From Gammaproteobacteria bacterium (GTDB lineage Bacteria; Pseudomonadota; Gammaproteobacteria; Eutrophobiales; Eutrophobiaceae), in assembly GCA_965116495.1 (NCBI GenBank), contig OZ220696.1:704001-768000 (forward strand): a stretch of DNA of 64,000 nt, written 5' to 3'. Positions 48,323 to 59,087 of the stretch are shown here, one piece after another. The position numbers were made by a program, and so were the translations under genes. Within the stretch, counting starts at the first letter, position 1; every line of letters begins with the position of its first letter. The notes beneath the pieces were generated by a model. That model was not told the DNA's origin and made no database searches. It worked only from the letters and a program-made list of their open reading frames with translations.

Positions 48323-49186
48323 ATGATGCTACGTATTTTAATATTGATCGCACTGGTCTCGGTCCTTGCTTATTTTTCACTGTTCCGGGTGCAGGAATAC
48401 GAGCAGGCCATTGTTTTCCAGTTCAAGGAGATCCAGCGCTCCGATTACGAACCCGGCTTGCATTTCATGATCCCGATCATCAATACCGCCCAGAAGTTTG
48501 AAACGCGGTTGTTGAACCTGGACCAGGAACCGCAGCGGTTTTTAACCGTGGAAAAAAAGGATGTGATAGTCGATTATTACGCAAAATGGATTATATCCGA
48601 CGTTGAAAGGTTTTACATAGCAACGCGGGGAGGCGACGTACAGTATGCTACGGGGTTGCTCGGGCAGAGAATCAATCGCGCCCTGCGTGATGAATTCGGC
48701 AAACGCACGGTCCAGGAGGTGGTTGCCGGTGAACGCGGTGAAATCCTTGATGTTGTCCAGACAACAACCGAACAGCTACGTGATGAGCTGGGGATAACCG
48801 TAGTTGATGTCAGGACCAAGCGTATTGACCTGCCGGAGGAGGTCAGTAACTCCGTCTATGCCAGGATGCGGGCCGAGAGGACCCGGGTGGCCAAGGATTT
48901 CCGCGCGCGGGGCGGGGAAGCGGCGGAACGAATCATGGCAAACGCGGACCGGGAACGTGAAATCATCCTTGCCAATGCGTACAAGGATGCGGAAACCGTG
49001 CGCGGCGAGGGCGATGCCCGTGCTACCGAGATCTACGCCAGTTCGTATGGCAGGGATCAGGAATTCTATACGCTTTATCGCAGCCTCAATGCCTACAAGA
49101 CCAGCTTCAGCAGCAATAACGATGTGCTGTTGCTTGAGCCTGATTCCGACTTTTTTAAATATTTCAATAACCCCCTGGGTGAATAA
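48323..49186 (+). CDS. hflC: FtsH modulator HflC
   Basis: SPFH domain, RMRAER and FYTLYRSL; follows hflK. Confidence 0.95.
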   Translation: MMLRILILIALVSVLAYFSLFRVQEYEQAIVFQFKEIQRSDYEPGLHFMIPIINTAQKFETRLLNLDQEPQRFLTVEKKDVIVDYYAKWIISDVERFYIATRGGDVQYATGLLGQRINRALRDEFGKRTVQEVVAGERGEILDVVQTTTEQLRDELGITVVDVRTKRIDLPEEVSNSVYARMRAERTRVAKDFRARGGEAAERIMANADREREIILANAYKDAETVRGEGDARATEIYASSYGRDQEFYTLYRSLNAYKTSFSSNNDVLLLEPDSDFFKYFNNPLGE

Positions 49187-49273
49187 CAGCTAGTGCCAGT
49201 GACGGTTTTGCCGGCTGTATGACATGGAAGGCTGCCGCTGAGGCCCTGTGCCATTTAACTTCTTGTACCGGTC

Positions 49274-49459
49274 ATGTGGACGGAATTACTGAGTGCCATT
49301 GCTCTTGTCTTCATCCTGGAAGGCATTGTGCCGTTCATGAACCCCGACTGGATTAAACGGGTGTTTCTCGCCGCATCACAGATGGATAATACCAGGTTGC
49401 GGTTTATCGGTGTCAGCAGCATGTTATTCGGTGTGGTCATGTTATATGTCGTGCGCTGA
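49274..49459 (+). CDS. DUF2065 (YjeT-like) membrane protein
   Basis: ALVFILEGIVPF..P...LRFIG; conserved position after hflC. Confidence 0.85.
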   Translation: MWTELLSAIALVFILEGIVPFMNPDWIKRVFLAASQMDNTRLRFIGVSSMLFGVVMLYVVR

Positions 49460-49496
49460 CCTGGCATGTATCTATGCACAGATGAGATAACAGGGT

Positions 49497-50678
49497 ATGC
49501 CGGCGAGAAACAAATGGTTGTTGCCAGAAGGAATTGAAGAGGTGTTGCCGCCCCAGGCTGCGGAACTCGACAGCCTGTGCCGCCGGCTCATGGACCAGTT
49601 TTCCACCTGGGGCTACGAACTTGTTATCCCTCCCATGATCGAATATCTCGATACGTTATTCACAGGCACCGACGAAGACCTGGAACTGCAGACATTCAAA
49701 GTCACCGACCAGTTAAATGGAAAACTGATGGGGATCCGGGCCGATACCACTCCACAAGTAGCGCGTATCGAGGTCCATAACCTGAAGCGCGGCAGGCCAA
49801 GCCGGTTGTGCTATATCGGATCGGTGTTACACACATTGCCGGGCGGGCCCGGGGGCACACGTTCACCCTTGCAGGCAGGTGCGGAACTTTACGGGCACAC
49901 AGGCTGTGAGAGTGATGCGGAAATTCTCGCTTTGATGCTGAAGACCCTGCAACTGGCAGGTCTGCAGGATGTTCACGTCGATATCGGTCACGTGAGAATC
50001 CTGCAGGGTTTGATCGAAGCGTTGCAACTGACCCCAGACCGGGAAAACAGGGTTTTCGATTGCGTACAGAGAAAAGCGCCAGATGAGTTAAAAAAAGCTC
50101 TGGCGGAATGGTCCATTGCCACTGATCACAGTACGGCCTTGCTCAGGCTGATAGATATGGAAGGAGACGCAACCATACTGGACGAAATCAGGACCATCCT
50201 GAGGCCCTGTGGTGAGGAGTTATGCGGCTACGTGGACGAATTACAAAAAATTGCGGAACTGACAGGGCGTCAGGTAAAGGATGCGCCCTTGTATTTTGAC
50301 GTGACTGAATTCCAGGGTTATCACTATTACACAGGGGTAACTTTCGTTGCGTATATGCCGGGAGAGAGCCATGGGATAGCTTTCGGCGGGCGTTACGATG
50401 GAATAGGCCGGGCATTCGGCCGGCACCGCCCTGCCACCGGTTTCAGTACGGATGCGCACAAGTTGTATCAATTGACTCCCCATTCTTATAAACCGAAAAA
50501 AGGGATATACGCACCTTATTCCGAGATGCCGGAGCTGCATGAACTGGTGGAACAATTAAGAGAACAGGGTGAAATTGTTATCTGCATGCTGCCCGGACAA
50601 ACTGGCGGTCCACTGGAATTGGGTTGTGACCGGGAAATCACCCTGGAACACGGGCGCTGGCAGGTCAGGGAGATTTAG
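49497..50678 (+). CDS. hisZ: ATP phosphoribosyltransferase regulatory subunit
   Basis: WLLPEGIEEVLP, RADTTPQVARI, GGRYD and RPATGFS. Confidence 0.93.
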   Translation: MPARNKWLLPEGIEEVLPPQAAELDSLCRRLMDQFSTWGYELVIPPMIEYLDTLFTGTDEDLELQTFKVTDQLNGKLMGIRADTTPQVARIEVHNLKRGRPSRLCYIGSVLHTLPGGPGGTRSPLQAGAELYGHTGCESDAEILALMLKTLQLAGLQDVHVDIGHVRILQGLIEALQLTPDRENRVFDCVQRKAPDELKKALAEWSIATDHSTALLRLIDMEGDATILDEIRTILRPCGEELCGYVDELQKIAELTGRQVKDAPLYFDVTEFQGYHYYTGVTFVAYMPGESHGIAFGGRYDGIGRAFGRHRPATGFSTDAHKLYQLTPHSYKPKKGIYAPYSEMPELHELVEQLREQGEIVICMLPGQTGGPLELGCDREITLEHGRWQVREI

Positions 50679-50703
50679 GTGAGAGCAGGTCTGCGACCCT
50701 GTT

Positions 50704-52077
<1,374 letters not shown>

Positions 52078-52134
52078 CGGTTGGCCGGAATAGCTCTTTG
52101 ATATATGATGGCCGCAGGAATTCGTAACCGGAAC

Positions 52135-52221
52135 TGGTGCCGAGGAAAGGACTTGAACCTTCACGGGGTTACCCCCACTAGCACCTGAAGCTAGCGCGTC
52201 TACCAATTCCGCCACCTCGGC
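52135..52221 (-). tRNA. tRNA-Leu(CAG)
   Basis: GCCGAGGTGGCGGAATTGGTAGACGCGCTAGCTTCAGGTGCTAG...GTTCAAGTC...CTCGGCACCA; long variable arm and encoded CCA. Confidence 0.96.
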
Positions 52222-52272
52222 ATGTGCTGATGTCTGCAAGCAGGTAAGATCAGCGTATTTTCAAGATGACGG

Positions 52273-52301
52273 ACTTTACCGTTACCGTTATGTACTGTCA
52301 A
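52273..52301 (-). promoter_or_regulatory. Sigma70-type promoter for tRNA-Leu
   Basis: TTGACA-17 bp-TAAAGT on the minus strand, about 50 bp upstream of the tRNA. Confidence 0.55.
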
Positions 52302-52411
52302 TGAATATCTAGCCCGTATTTCTCACCAGGTCGCTAGTAACTATAGGATACATGTTTGCTGTCAATGAGTTATGGTAATCTATTGACAATGTTATCATTA
52401 CAGGCTGCGCT

Positions 52412-52533
52412 TGATGCGCCCTCGCTTGTCTTTTTGCCGCCAGCGGGCACGTGCTCCCTCAACCAGAGCTACGGCTATGCTTTCGGTCGCAGGCACCCGC
52501 TGGCGGCAAAAATCCTGCGCGATCTTCGCATCA
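52412..52533. repeat. Long hairpin upstream of rnr
   Basis: 17-bp perfect IR TTTTTGCCGCCAGCGGG (52431-52447 and 52496-52512) plus an outer TGATGCG/CGCATCA pair. Confidence 0.55.
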
Positions 52534-52553
52534 CCTGATGAGAAACACGGTCT

Positions 52554-54674
52554 ATGGCAAAGAAAAAGAGCAATGAACAATACCAGGTAAGTATTCCTGA
52601 ACGGAATGAAATTATCGAATTTCTGAAACGTTCAGGGGTGCCGCGCCAACTGTCCGAGATAGCAGTTTCACTAAACGCAAAAAGTTCTGCTGAACGAGCG
52701 GCGTTGAACAAACGCCTCAAGGCGATGTTACGGGACGGCCAGATCATCCGTAATCGCCGGGAGGGGTACGGCCTGCTGGAAAAGATGGACCTGGTGGCCG
52801 GACGTGTGATAGGCCATAAGGATGGTTACGGGTTCTTCAGGCCCGACCACGGCGGGGAAGACCTGTTTTTGTCCATGCAACAGATGCGTCGCGTCCTGCA
52901 TGGGGATCACGTGGTAGTGCGCTACGGCGGATATGACCGGCGCAACCGCAGGGAAGCGATAATTGTCGAAGTGCTGGAGCGGGTAAACCGATCGGTGGTT
53001 GGGCGTTTCTGCAAGGAGGGCAGCATCGCCTTTGTTGTCCCGGACAATAAACGAATTAACCAGGATATCCTGATTCCGCCGCAACAGTGCAAAAAGGCAA
53101 AAACAGGCGACTATGCGGTCGCAGAGATTACCCGGCAACCGGATACGCACACGCAACCCCTGGGCAAGATCACCGAGGTCCTGGGTTCTCCCGGTTCCAT
53201 TGACATGGCGACGGAAATTGCGATACGCGCCTACCAAATCCCCTACCAGTGGCCTGACGAGGTCCAGGACGAATTGGCCGGGTTGACCCGGGACCAGAAG
53301 GTTAAAGGCAGGCAGGACCTGCGCAAACTGCCGCTGGTAACAATAGATGGAGAAGACGCCAGGGATTTTGATGATGCGGTATATTGCGAAAAACAGGGGC
53401 GTGAGTGGCGCCTGGTAGTAGCTATAGCCGATGTCTCTCATTACGTCAGGCCGGGAACAGCCCTTGATCATGCTGCACAGGAGCGGGGCAACTCGGTCTA
53501 TTTCCCTGACCGGGTTGTGCCCATGCTGCCCGAATTGCTTTCCAACGACCTGTGCTCGCTGAAACCGGATACGGACCGGTTGGCCATGGTATGCGACATG
53601 CGCGTCAACCGGGCCGGCCGTATTAAACAATACCGCCTGTATCCGGCTGTTATAAATTCCCGGGCCAGGCTGACCTATAACCAGGTGAGCAAGATTCTCG
53701 CAGGCAATAAAGTACCGAGAAAATACAAACCCGTTATCCCTTTTATACGGAATATGCATGAATTGTTCAGCCTGATGCACGGGCACAGGGCGCGCCAGGG
53801 ACTGCTGGATTTTTCATCGACTGAAGTCAGGCTGAACTTTGACAAACAGGGCAACATTGCCGAAATCAATACGGTAGAACGTGATGACGCCCACAGGATT
53901 ATTGAAGAATTCATGCTGGCGGCCAACGTCTCGGTAGCAGAATTTCTGCTGACGAACGAGGTGCCATGCCTGTTTCGCAACCATGCCGTACCGAAGGAGG
54001 AGAAGGTCAATGACCTGAACCAGTTCCTGGCTGATTTCGGCCTGCAACTGGGTGGCGGCCTGGACCCCGGGGCAAAGCACTACGCCAGGGTCCTGGAATT
54101 GATCAAAAACAGGGAAGACCGGCACCTGATTGAGACCGTGCTGTTACGCAGCATGCCGCTGGCGACCTACGAGAGCCGTAATAACGGCCATTTCGGTCTG
54201 GCATTCGATCACTATACCCATTTCACCTCACCCATACGGCGTTATCCCGACCTGCTGGTACACCGCGCCATCCGCCATATTTCGCAAAACGAACCTTATG
54301 CATACAGCAAGAATGACATGCATCATTTAGGGGTCGACTGTTCCATGACCGAGCGCAAGGCTGAAGAGGCTGTCAGGGATGTCATCACCCGCATGAAGTG
54401 CGAGTTTATGCTGGATAAAACCGGCAGGGAGTATGAAGGAATTATTTCCGGTGTTACCGGGTTTGGCCTGTTCGTCGAACTGGACGACATTTACGTTGAG
54501 GGGTTACTGCATATTTCCGCTTTGCCGGCTGACTACTATCACTTTGACCCTATTGCCCATTCCGTATCCGGAGAAAAATCAGGACGGAAATTCTTTCTCG
54601 GGGACCGCATTAAGATAAAGGTGAACAGCGTCAACCTGGATGAGAGAAAAATCGATTTCGATTATGCCGGCTGA
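52554..54674 (+). CDS. rnr: Ribonuclease R
   Basis: TIDGEDARDFDDA, HFTSPIRRYPDL and S1 domain. Confidence 0.96.
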   Translation: MAKKKSNEQYQVSIPERNEIIEFLKRSGVPRQLSEIAVSLNAKSSAERAALNKRLKAMLRDGQIIRNRREGYGLLEKMDLVAGRVIGHKDGYGFFRPDHGGEDLFLSMQQMRRVLHGDHVVVRYGGYDRRNRREAIIVEVLERVNRSVVGRFCKEGSIAFVVPDNKRINQDILIPPQQCKKAKTGDYAVAEITRQPDTHTQPLGKITEVLGSPGSIDMATEIAIRAYQIPYQWPDEVQDELAGLTRDQKVKGRQDLRKLPLVTIDGEDARDFDDAVYCEKQGREWRLVVAIADVSHYVRPGTALDHAAQERGNSVYFPDRVVPMLPELLSNDLCSLKPDTDRLAMVCDMRVNRAGRIKQYRLYPAVINSRARLTYNQVSKILAGNKVPRKYKPVIPFIRNMHELFSLMHGHRARQGLLDFSSTEVRLNFDKQGNIAEINTVERDDAHRIIEEFMLAANVSVAEFLLTNEVPCLFRNHAVPKEEKVNDLNQFLADFGLQLGGGLDPGAKHYARVLELIKNREDRHLIETVLLRSMPLATYESRNNGHFGLAFDHYTHFTSPIRRYPDLLVHRAIRHISQNEPYAYSKNDMHHLGVDCSMTERKAEEAVRDVITRMKCEFMLDKTGREYEGIISGVTGFGLFVELDDIYVEGLLHISALPADYYHFDPIAHSVSGEKSGRKFFLGDRIKIKVNSVNLDERKIDFDYAG

Positions 54675-54713
54675 ACCCGGCATAAGGAATATTCTCCGCT
54701 ACCGGGTTAAATC

Positions 54714-55505
54714 ATGGGCATACAGGCAGGCAGAAACGTTGAAATCATCTATGGTTACCACGCGCTGCGCCATGTCCTGTCCCGGCGTTCCCACGATGTG
54801 CTGGAAGTATACATTGCCCTGAACAAGCGCGACTCCGCAAGGCTCGATGCCCTGCGCAACACCTGTGACGATGCGCAGATTTCCATCCAGTATATTTCAA
54901 GCCGGAAGCTGGATAAGCTGGTCGGGGAAAACAAACACCAGGGCATTGCGGCCAGATGCCGTCCGGACAGCACCCGGCAAATGATGACCATAACCGATCT
55001 ATGTTCCCGGCCAGTGCGTGAGTCTTCGATAATACTGGCGCTAGACAGGGTGATGGACCCACACAACCTGGGGGCGTGCATCAGGACGGCGGATGCTGCC
55101 GGTGTGGATGCGATTATTTTGCCGAAGGACCATTCCGTTCCGTTAAATGCGACCGTAAAAAAGGTAGCCAGTGGCGCAGCGGAGTCTGCAAACATCATTA
55201 TGGTCACGAACATTGCGCGTAGCCTCAGACAGTTGCAAAGCGCCGGTTACCGGATAACAGGCACGACCGATACTGCCGACAAAACCATATACGATGCAGA
55301 TATCCCGTTTCCCGTGGTACTGGTGATGGGTTCGGAGCAGGGCGGCATGCGCCGGAATACCCGCGAACATTGCGAGCAGTTGCTAAGAATACCGATGTAT
55401 GGTGCGGTCGAAAGCCTGAACCTGTCGGTTGCCGCGGGGATATGTCTTTATGAGATCAGGAGACGGAGCGCAGCAGGCAGAGAACAGCACCAACAGGAAC
55501 AGTAG
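54714..55505 (+). CDS. rlmB: 23S rRNA G2251 2'-O-methyltransferase
   Basis: HQGI, DPHNLGACIR and ESLNLSVA; follows rnr. Confidence 0.94.
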   Translation: MGIQAGRNVEIIYGYHALRHVLSRRSHDVLEVYIALNKRDSARLDALRNTCDDAQISIQYISSRKLDKLVGENKHQGIAARCRPDSTRQMMTITDLCSRPVRESSIILALDRVMDPHNLGACIRTADAAGVDAIILPKDHSVPLNATVKKVASGAAESANIIMVTNIARSLRQLQSAGYRITGTTDTADKTIYDADIPFPVVLVMGSEQGGMRRNTREHCEQLLRIPMYGAVESLNLSVAAGICLYEIRRRSAAGREQHQQEQ

Positions 55506-55609
55506 CGCGAACGGTCACAAGGAACATAAAAAAATGATTAGTTCATCTTGCCTGTGCCATTGCGTTATGAGACCATTTCACGGACTTGACTACTGACAGG
55601 GGGAAGATT

Positions 55610-55846
55610 ATGAGTGAACCTGATTGCCCGCAAAAGTATCCTTACGGGATTGAACTTGAGGCCGGAGTTTATTTCTGGTGCAAGTGCGGACGTTCTGCCA
55701 ATCAGCCTTTTTGCGACGGGACCCATGCCGGCAGTGAATTTGCGCCGGTGCGTTTTGAGGTGAGTGAAACAGATACATTTTGGCTATGTGGTTGCAAGCG
55801 CAGCGGCAACTCGCACTTATGTGACGGCAGCCATAAAAATCTCTGA
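55610..55846 (+). CDS. CDGSH iron-sulfur domain protein (two motifs)
   Basis: CKCGRS..QPFCDGTH and CGCKRS...LCDGSH. Confidence 0.9.
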   Translation: MSEPDCPQKYPYGIELEAGVYFWCKCGRSANQPFCDGTHAGSEFAPVRFEVSETDTFWLCGCKRSGNSHLCDGSHKNL

Positions 55847-55920
55847 TCAGGCAGGATGAGTACAGCCATTGATGACCAAACGGCCGCTTGCGCCTGAACC
55901 TGCCGACTACGTACTGGCTG

Positions 55921-57132
55921 TTATGAGTTGACCGTGGTGGCCTGTGCGCCGTAGGGCAGGTTTTGTATACCTCTGTTGGTATTGGAACAGAGTATCCGCC
56001 AGGCTGTGACTAAAATATCCGGCCCGAACAGCTGTTCCCTGTGCCAACCGTCTTCAACGGAGTAGAATTCATCCATCGCCTCGCGGGCGAACATGTCTTC
56101 ATTATTGAACTTGTCAGGGACAAAATCACGCCAGAGATATCTCATTTCATCGTAAAAGGCCTTTTGCTCCTGTTCGGTCGCGACGTTTGAACCCCAACTG
56201 ATCATGTACCTGTGGGTCCTTTCCGTTACCGGTACGTACCACTCGAAATGAACAATATGGGGAGCCGGGAAGGGGTCGACGCGCAATACACCTGGCATCC
56301 AGATGCCGACTTCAGGGATCATCCCCTTCATTACTCCGGGTTCATCGGGCAGGTATTGCGCCGAGATGGTTTTATCATCAACTACGTTCACCTGCCATAA
56401 CGGTGTGCCGGCGCCGCGGATCAACCTGACTCCGCAAGGCCCGCCGTTATCCCGGTTGCTGTTGATGACCTGCATGCCCCGGTTGTCACCCAGACCGGTG
56501 TCGCCCAGCACCGTGGGGACCTTGAAACCGCGTACCAGGGGAGAGTTCCGGTGCATATAGGCATGGGCAGGGTCAAACCCGTTTTCCGCTCCGAGACGCC
56601 AGTTGCAATTTACTTCCCTGGACCAGCCATCCGGGTACATGTGCAGGTCTTTATCCAGGAATCCCGGTGGGACATCGGTTTCCAGGTCCGCCGGCTCATT
56701 GTCGCCGATGAAAACAAACACCATGCCCTGCGCTTCACGGACCGGGTAGCTCCTGATTCGATGTCTGCCTATAAGTGAACTTTGCGGATCGGTGATGATG
56801 TTGATCAGGTCACCTGACTTCAGGTCATAGGTAAATCCGTGATACCAGCAGGTAAGCGTTTCCCTGGTATAACATTCCGGTTTTTTTGAAAAGGGAACGC
56901 CTTTATGGATACATTGATCATGTACGGCGTATACCTGTCCGTCAATGCGGCGGAATAAAATCCTTTCCCCCAGGATTATCCTGCACTTGAAATGCTCAAC
57001 AGGTTCGCCGAGGCCGGTACTGGTATCGGCTTCCACGAGTTCATGGCTGAAGAACGCCGGATACCAGTGGTTGCGAAAGCCCAGGCCGGCATCAAGATAG
57101 TCCTGCCAGGGTGGTGTCTTGTTCTCATCCAT
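55921..57132 (-). CDS. Rieske oxygenase, carbazole 1,9a-dioxygenase CarAa / 2-oxoquinoline 8-monooxygenase-like
   Basis: WQDYLDAGLGFRNHWYP, CIHKG...TCWYHG, NWRLGAENGFDPAH..H and FNNED. Confidence 0.8.
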   Translation of the reverse strand: MDENKTPPWQDYLDAGLGFRNHWYPAFFSHELVEADTSTGLGEPVEHFKCRIILGERILFRRIDGQVYAVHDQCIHKGVPFSKKPECYTRETLTCWYHGFTYDLKSGDLINIITDPQSSLIGRHRIRSYPVREAQGMVFVFIGDNEPADLETDVPPGFLDKDLHMYPDGWSREVNCNWRLGAENGFDPAHAYMHRNSPLVRGFKVPTVLGDTGLGDNRGMQVINSNRDNGGPCGVRLIRGAGTPLWQVNVVDDKTISAQYLPDEPGVMKGMIPEVGIWMPGVLRVDPFPAPHIVHFEWYVPVTERTHRYMISWGSNVATEQEQKAFYDEMRYLWRDFVPDKFNNEDMFAREAMDEFYSVEDGWHREQLFGPDILVTAWRILCSNTNRGIQNLPYGAQATTVNS

Positions 57133-57184
57133 GGAGGTTATCTCAAAATTCCCCAGTGCGAGCCGTTCATATCGTTCATAGAGT

Positions 57185-57901
57185 TTATGCCAGGGCCAGC
57201 AACTCATTGGCGAATTGTTGCGGGGCAGAGGCCATGGGCATATGATCCGTGGCAAACGTGACAACCTTATCGCATGGCATGGCCTGTAGCATCCGGCGCT
57301 GATATTCAATGGGTATTGCCTTGTCTTCCAGGGCCTCGAAGTAAATGCGGGGCACACGACCGAAATTTTCAGCGCTCAATCGCAACGGCGCACCCAATGG
57401 TTTACGCGCCATGGGACGTTGCAACCTGGCGGCTTTCTCCACTGCCGCAGCCGCTGAGGTGTTGTAGATAATGTCGGCTAAATGTTCTTTTCTGAAGGTG
57501 ATCACCCCATCCCCGGACACGTCACAATGACTCATTACCGGTGACTGAATCGGCTGTCTCTCCCAGAAATGCCTGGGTGAACTACCGTTGGGCAGGAGAA
57601 ATGCCGCTACGTAAACCAGCACTTTGATTGCATCCGGCCGGTACTCCGCTGCCTGTGATATGGAAATGCCCGCCAGGCTGTGTCCCGCCAGCACCACCGG
57701 TTGCGTCTGCCGGTCCAGGACTTCAATCACCCGGTCGCGGTAGCTGTCCAGGGTGATTTCAGACAAGGGCGTTTGATCGTCTCCCTGGCTGGGCAAATCA
57801 GGTGTAATGACCTCATGCCCTGCCTGTTTTATGGCCTCTCTCACCGGATCCCAACTCCAGCCTCCGGCAAACGCCCCGTGAATTAAAACAAATGTAGTCA
57901 T
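57185..57901 (-). CDS. Alpha/beta hydrolase (methylesterase/SABP2-like)
   Basis: FVLIHGAFAGGW, GHSLAG, EDKAIP and TDHMP. Confidence 0.85.
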   Translation of the reverse strand: MTTFVLIHGAFAGGWSWDPVREAIKQAGHEVITPDLPSQGDDQTPLSEITLDSYRDRVIEVLDRQTQPVVLAGHSLAGISISQAAEYRPDAIKVLVYVAAFLLPNGSSPRHFWERQPIQSPVMSHCDVSGDGVITFRKEHLADIIYNTSAAAAVEKAARLQRPMARKPLGAPLRLSAENFGRVPRIYFEALEDKAIPIEYQRRMLQAMPCDKVVTFATDHMPMASAPQQFANELLALA

Positions 57902-57991
57902 TAACGGCCTCCTGTGTTTACATATCAGCCGGTCAGGACAGCCATTATAATATTGATCCGACCGGAATGTCCCGGTGCAGTTATCAGCGGA

Positions 57992-58163
57992 CAGGGTCAT
58001 CTTAAAGTCATTACCCGCTTTCAAATCTCCCACCCGTCATTCCTGCACAAGCAGGAATCCAGTTAAACAATCATTCATTGTGTATAAAAAATTACGTTTC
58101 CATTGGATTCCGGATCACGCCCGGAATGACAGCGGGGCGTATACCGACTTTGAGATAGCCCTG
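57992..58163. mobile_element. 172-bp MITE with ISAs1-type CAGGG ends, copy 1
   Basis: Imperfect 18-bp TIRs; perfect 10-bp target duplication TATCAGCGGA (57982-57991 and 58164-58173). Confidence 0.85.
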
Positions 58164-58179
58164 TATCAGCGGAACCCCG

Positions 58180-58869
58180 TCAACGCCGCAGGAATGCAAT
58201 CCAACGGTAGAAATTTAGCAGGCTGGACAGGGAGGCCGAGACGTAGGTCAAGGCAGCCGCTGTCAGGATGTGGCGCACCACGGGCTCTGCGCTTTGCGGC
58301 AGGTACCTGCCCTCTATCAACAGGGGCAGGGCGCGGTTGAAACTGGCGTCCCACTCGACCGGCAGTGTCACCAGGTGAAATATGACCGGCAGGACCAGGA
58401 TGAGGATACCGGAGGCAAACATCAATACGCCGATAAGGGGTGATTTAACCAGTAAAGTGACGAACGGGAAACTGACCAGGATGATCGATGCTGTTTTTTC
58501 GGTAAACGCGATATACTTGGCAAGTTTCCAACGCAGGTAAAGGGGCTTAAAACCGGTGTAATGCTGCAGGGCATGGCCGATTTCATGGGCGGCAATAACC
58601 ACGGAGGTCAGGGATTTACGCTCAAATACACCGGAAGACAGGCAGACTGTCTTATTTTCAGGGTTGTAGTGATCGCCGCCGCTTTCAAGCGCCTCGACGT
58701 TATAGCCCGTCAATTTCAAGTGGATGATTAAATGCCGGGCCAGATCCCCGCCGGTACCCGGTAATTCATCCAGCGGGGTGTCGTAGCGTTTGAATACATG
58801 TTTTGTCCAGAGCTGGGGGCCCAGGATCAATGCCAGCAACAGACAGAAACCTGCAATACCGAGTAACAT
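58180..58869 (-). CDS. Zinc metallopeptidase (YugP/Zn_peptidase_2)
   Basis: DHYNP, AAHEIGHALQ, TLPVEWDAS and AAALTYV. Confidence 0.9.
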   Translation of the reverse strand: MLLGIAGFCLLLALILGPQLWTKHVFKRYDTPLDELPGTGGDLARHLIIHLKLTGYNVEALESGGDHYNPENKTVCLSSGVFERKSLTSVVIAAHEIGHALQHYTGFKPLYLRWKLAKYIAFTEKTASIILVSFPFVTLLVKSPLIGVLMFASGILILVLPVIFHLVTLPVEWDASFNRALPLLIEGRYLPQSAEPVVRHILTAAALTYVSASLSSLLNFYRWIAFLRR

Positions 58870-58886
58870 AATGAACAGTTAGAAAG

Positions 58887-59083
58887 TACGAATTACGAAT
58901 TATAAATTACGAATTAGGAATTACGAATTAGGAATTACGAATTAGGAATTACGAATTTTAGATTAGGAATTATTAATTAGGAGTTGGAGTGCGCTGCTTT
59001 GGAGTTATCACAATACAAAGCCGCCGCAGGCAGGCGGCACATTCATTCCCAATTCGTAATTCCTAATTCCTAATTCTTAATTA
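58887..59083. repeat. Inverted heptamer tandem arrays (GAATTAC/GAATTAG versus AATTCGT/AATTCCT)
   Basis: About 13 units at 58887-58981 and about 4-5 reverse-complement units at 59050-59083. Confidence 0.85.
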
Positions 59084-59087
59084 AAAA

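Noticed and set aside
52135-52221. tRNA-Leu as an integration site
   Set aside because: It is in its usual purA/rnr context, with no integrase and no duplicated 3' end noticed.
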